A stretch of DNA of 64,000 nt from Obrimoposthia wandeli (lineage: Eukaryota), in contig CDROCS010000506.1 of assembly GCA_977020255.1 (NCBI GenBank), positions 744,001-808,000 of the forward strand. Direction: 5' to 3'. A program made the translations under genes and the position numbers. Positions 62,006 through 64,000 of the stretch are shown in pieces. The notes under the pieces are model-generated. The model saw nothing but the letters and a program-made list of their open reading frames with translations, was not told where the DNA came from and searched no databases. Within the stretch, counting starts at the first letter, position 1. Each line of letters begins with the position of its first letter.

Positions 62006-64000
62006 ATGAAAGAATATCAGTACAAATCTTTACTATTGATGTCTTCATTATTTTATAGTTTGAGTGCTGTATCAGCGCCTTTTGATAGCTGTCCTACAGA
62101 AGCGTTTTTATCTCAATATAAAAATGGTGCAACACACTATAAGTCAGTCGATCTTAGTTCAGGCCTAGTAACTACCTTACAAACCGATGATAACCTAGGC
62201 TCAGATTCAATTAATGCCATAGCATTCAACAATACTGACAAATATATCTACGGTTTTGACCGCAACAAATTAGCCCTCGTAAAATTAGATAGTGATTTTA
62301 AAGCTACAGTATTAAACTTTACTAACCCACCAAATAATAATTTCTATGTCGGTGATATTGACGACAACAAATTTTATTTTTATCGCCGTTATCTTGGCCT
62401 TTTCTACACGAATCTTGATAGTAGCGCAGCTGATTACCTTACTATCACAAGCGTTACAGGTTCAAATAAATCGATCAATATTGCCGACTTTGCCTTCCAT
62501 CCAATCAATAAAAAAATATATGCTGTGGAAGGGAAAAGTGGCATTTTATATGAAATAGATCCAGCCACGGGTATTGCCACTAATGTTGCAAATACGGGTG
62601 TCACATCGCCACGTAGTGCATTTGGGGCAGCCTATTTTGACTCGTCGGGTTTCCTTTATTTTCTTCGTAATAATGACGGTAATATTTACCGTACCGACAT
62701 CACCGACCCGAATAATATCACGGGTGATACAGTCTACTTCGCGAAAGCAGCAGCAAGTAACAGTAATGACGGTGCACGTTGCTCTGAAGCTGCAGTAGTA
62801 TCAACGGGTACCGATTTTGGTGACGCCCCTGATTCATATGGTACGAGCTTATCGGCTAATGGTGCTCGTCATCTTGTTAATTATAATAACTATATTCTCG
62901 GTAATATCATTGATGCTGAAGACGACGCGAAACTATCACCAAGCAGTGATGATACAGATAACCTTGCTGATGACGATGGCATTTTATTTCAAACAGCGCT
63001 GGTTACTGGTTTTGATAGTCAAATCAATGTCACCGTTAGTGGTGGTCAGGAATCAGCTTATTTCAATGCTTGGTTTGACTGGAATCAAGACGGTGACTTT
63101 GAGGATGCCGGTGAACATGTATTTGATGGCACCAGTCTAACGACAGACTCTCATAACTTAACATTAAGCGTACCACCGACCGCACTACAAGGTAACACAT
63201 GGGCTCGCTTTAGAATTGGTAATCAGGAAGTAATGAGTAGTACAGGTGGTTACAGCACAGGGGAAGTTGAAGATTATCCAATTTCAATCGTCGATGGTAA
63301 TACAACGAACATTTATTACCCAAGTGAAAATGACTTCGTTACACTTGCATTTGAAGACCTCTGGCCTGAAAACGGTGATTATGATTTTAATGATGTTGTA
63401 GTCCATTACCGTATTGTACAAACCATTAAAAACAATCAAGTTACTCGTGTCGATATACAAGGGGAGCTAATTAACTACGGCGCAGGTTATTTCAATGGTT
63501 TCGCTGTTCACCTTCCCGGGATACTACGCAGTAATGTAAATCAAAGTTTATTAAACGCGAGTTACAATTCGATACCTGCAGCAACAACAGGTTTATTAGA
63601 AGAGAATCAGACTGATGCGGTTATCATTGTTTCTGACAATTTGAAAGGCGAGTTCACATCGACCTGTGGTAGTCATTTCTTTAATACCGAATCTGGTTGT
63701 ATGGATAGCAGTAGTGTTTATACATTCGAGATTAATGTCCCGATGAATAATCCTGTTGATATTGCTAACATGCCCGCGATGCCATTAAACCCCTTTATTT
63801 TTGCGACCGAGAACCGTAGCCGAAATGATTTCTTTGGTGGCCCAATGGGACGTGATTTAGAAATTCATTTACCTGACCAACCTATTACAGATTTAGGCAG
63901 TTCGGATTACTTCGGTCTTTTAGATGATAACTCTAACCCTCCGACTACAACATTCAGAAATGCAGAAAACTTACCTTGGGCGATTGAGGTTGGTAATACT
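62006..64000 (+). CDS. Secreted LruC-domain protein (beta-propeller-like N-terminus, GEVED domain, LruC/DUF4842); runs off the window end and is absent from the ORF track
   Basis: Manual translation MKEYQYKSLLLMSSLFYSLSAVSAPFDSCPTEAF...DFGDAPDSYGT...WARFR...GEVEDY...TLAFEDLWPENGDYDFNDVV...NLPWAIEV; AAGGA RBS. Confidence 0.88.
   Translation, partial: MKEYQYKSLLLMSSLFYSLSAVSAPFDSCPTEAFLSQYKNGATHYKSVDLSSGLVTTLQTDDNLGSDSINAIAFNNTDKYIYGFDRNKLALVKLDSDFKATVLNFTNPPNNNFYVGDIDDNKFYFYRRYLGLFYTNLDSSAADYLTITSVTGSNKSINIADFAFHPINKKIYAVEGKSGILYEIDPATGIATNVANTGVTSPRSAFGAAYFDSSGFLYFLRNNDGNIYRTDITDPNNITGDTVYFAKAAASNSNDGARCSEAAVVSTGTDFGDAPDSYGTSLSANGARHLVNYNNYILGNIIDAEDDAKLSPSSDDTDNLADDDGILFQTALVTGFDSQINVTVSGGQESAYFNAWFDWNQDGDFEDAGEHVFDGTSLTTDSHNLTLSVPPTALQGNTWARFRIGNQEVMSSTGGYSTGEVEDYPISIVDGNTTNIYYPSENDFVTLAFEDLWPENGDYDFNDVVVHYRIVQTIKNNQVTRVDIQGELINYGAGYFNGFAVHLPGILRSNVNQSLLNASYNSIPAATTGLLEENQTDAVIIVSDNLKGEFTSTCGSHFFNTESGCMDSSSVYTFEINVPMNNPVDIANMPAMPLNPFIFATENRSRNDFFGGPMGRDLEIHLPDQPITDLGSSDYFGLLDDNSNPPTTTFRNAENLPWAIEVGNT

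Noticed and set aside
62346-63140. Three short plus-strand ORFs listed in the track
   Set aside because: Off-frame by-products inside the long open frame 62006 to the window end.

Overview
Chromosomal window from an AT-rich marine gammaproteobacterium. Gene content and style suggest a Moritella/Vibrionales-like organism, but I cannot verify this from sequence alone. From left to right it holds: the 3' end of glmS (attTn7 position, no Tn7 genes present); a variable slot between glmS and a Prx-Grx hybrid peroxiredoxin that contains two apparently stacked accessory modules (LysR/SDR/enoyl-CoA hydratase, and a small HTH-like ORF plus a Zn-ribbon/HEPN-like protein) bounded by duplicated pieces of the glmS terminator and of the peroxiredoxin upstream region; an MCP; cupin-gfa; an M4 metalloprotease; a Xaa-Pro peptidase; LysR/ABM/nitroreductase; a CbbR-like LysR with a SulP/BicA transporter; tRNA-Arg(CCT); a receiver-TPR protein; OmpA; a two-component pair; cstA; a self-contained Frw-like PTS cluster with manA; and a large maltose/glycogen region (glgB-malQ-malP, GH36, malT, malGFE, malK, lamB). 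The maltose region is interrupted by a solitary integron-type cassette between degenerate attC-like sites and by a binding-protein/hybrid-kinase pair. The window ends inside an LruC-domain gene with a sigma-54 promoter and a SypG-type enhancer. No integrase, transposase, rRNA or CRISPR array was seen. Protein family calls come from motif recognition, not database searches.
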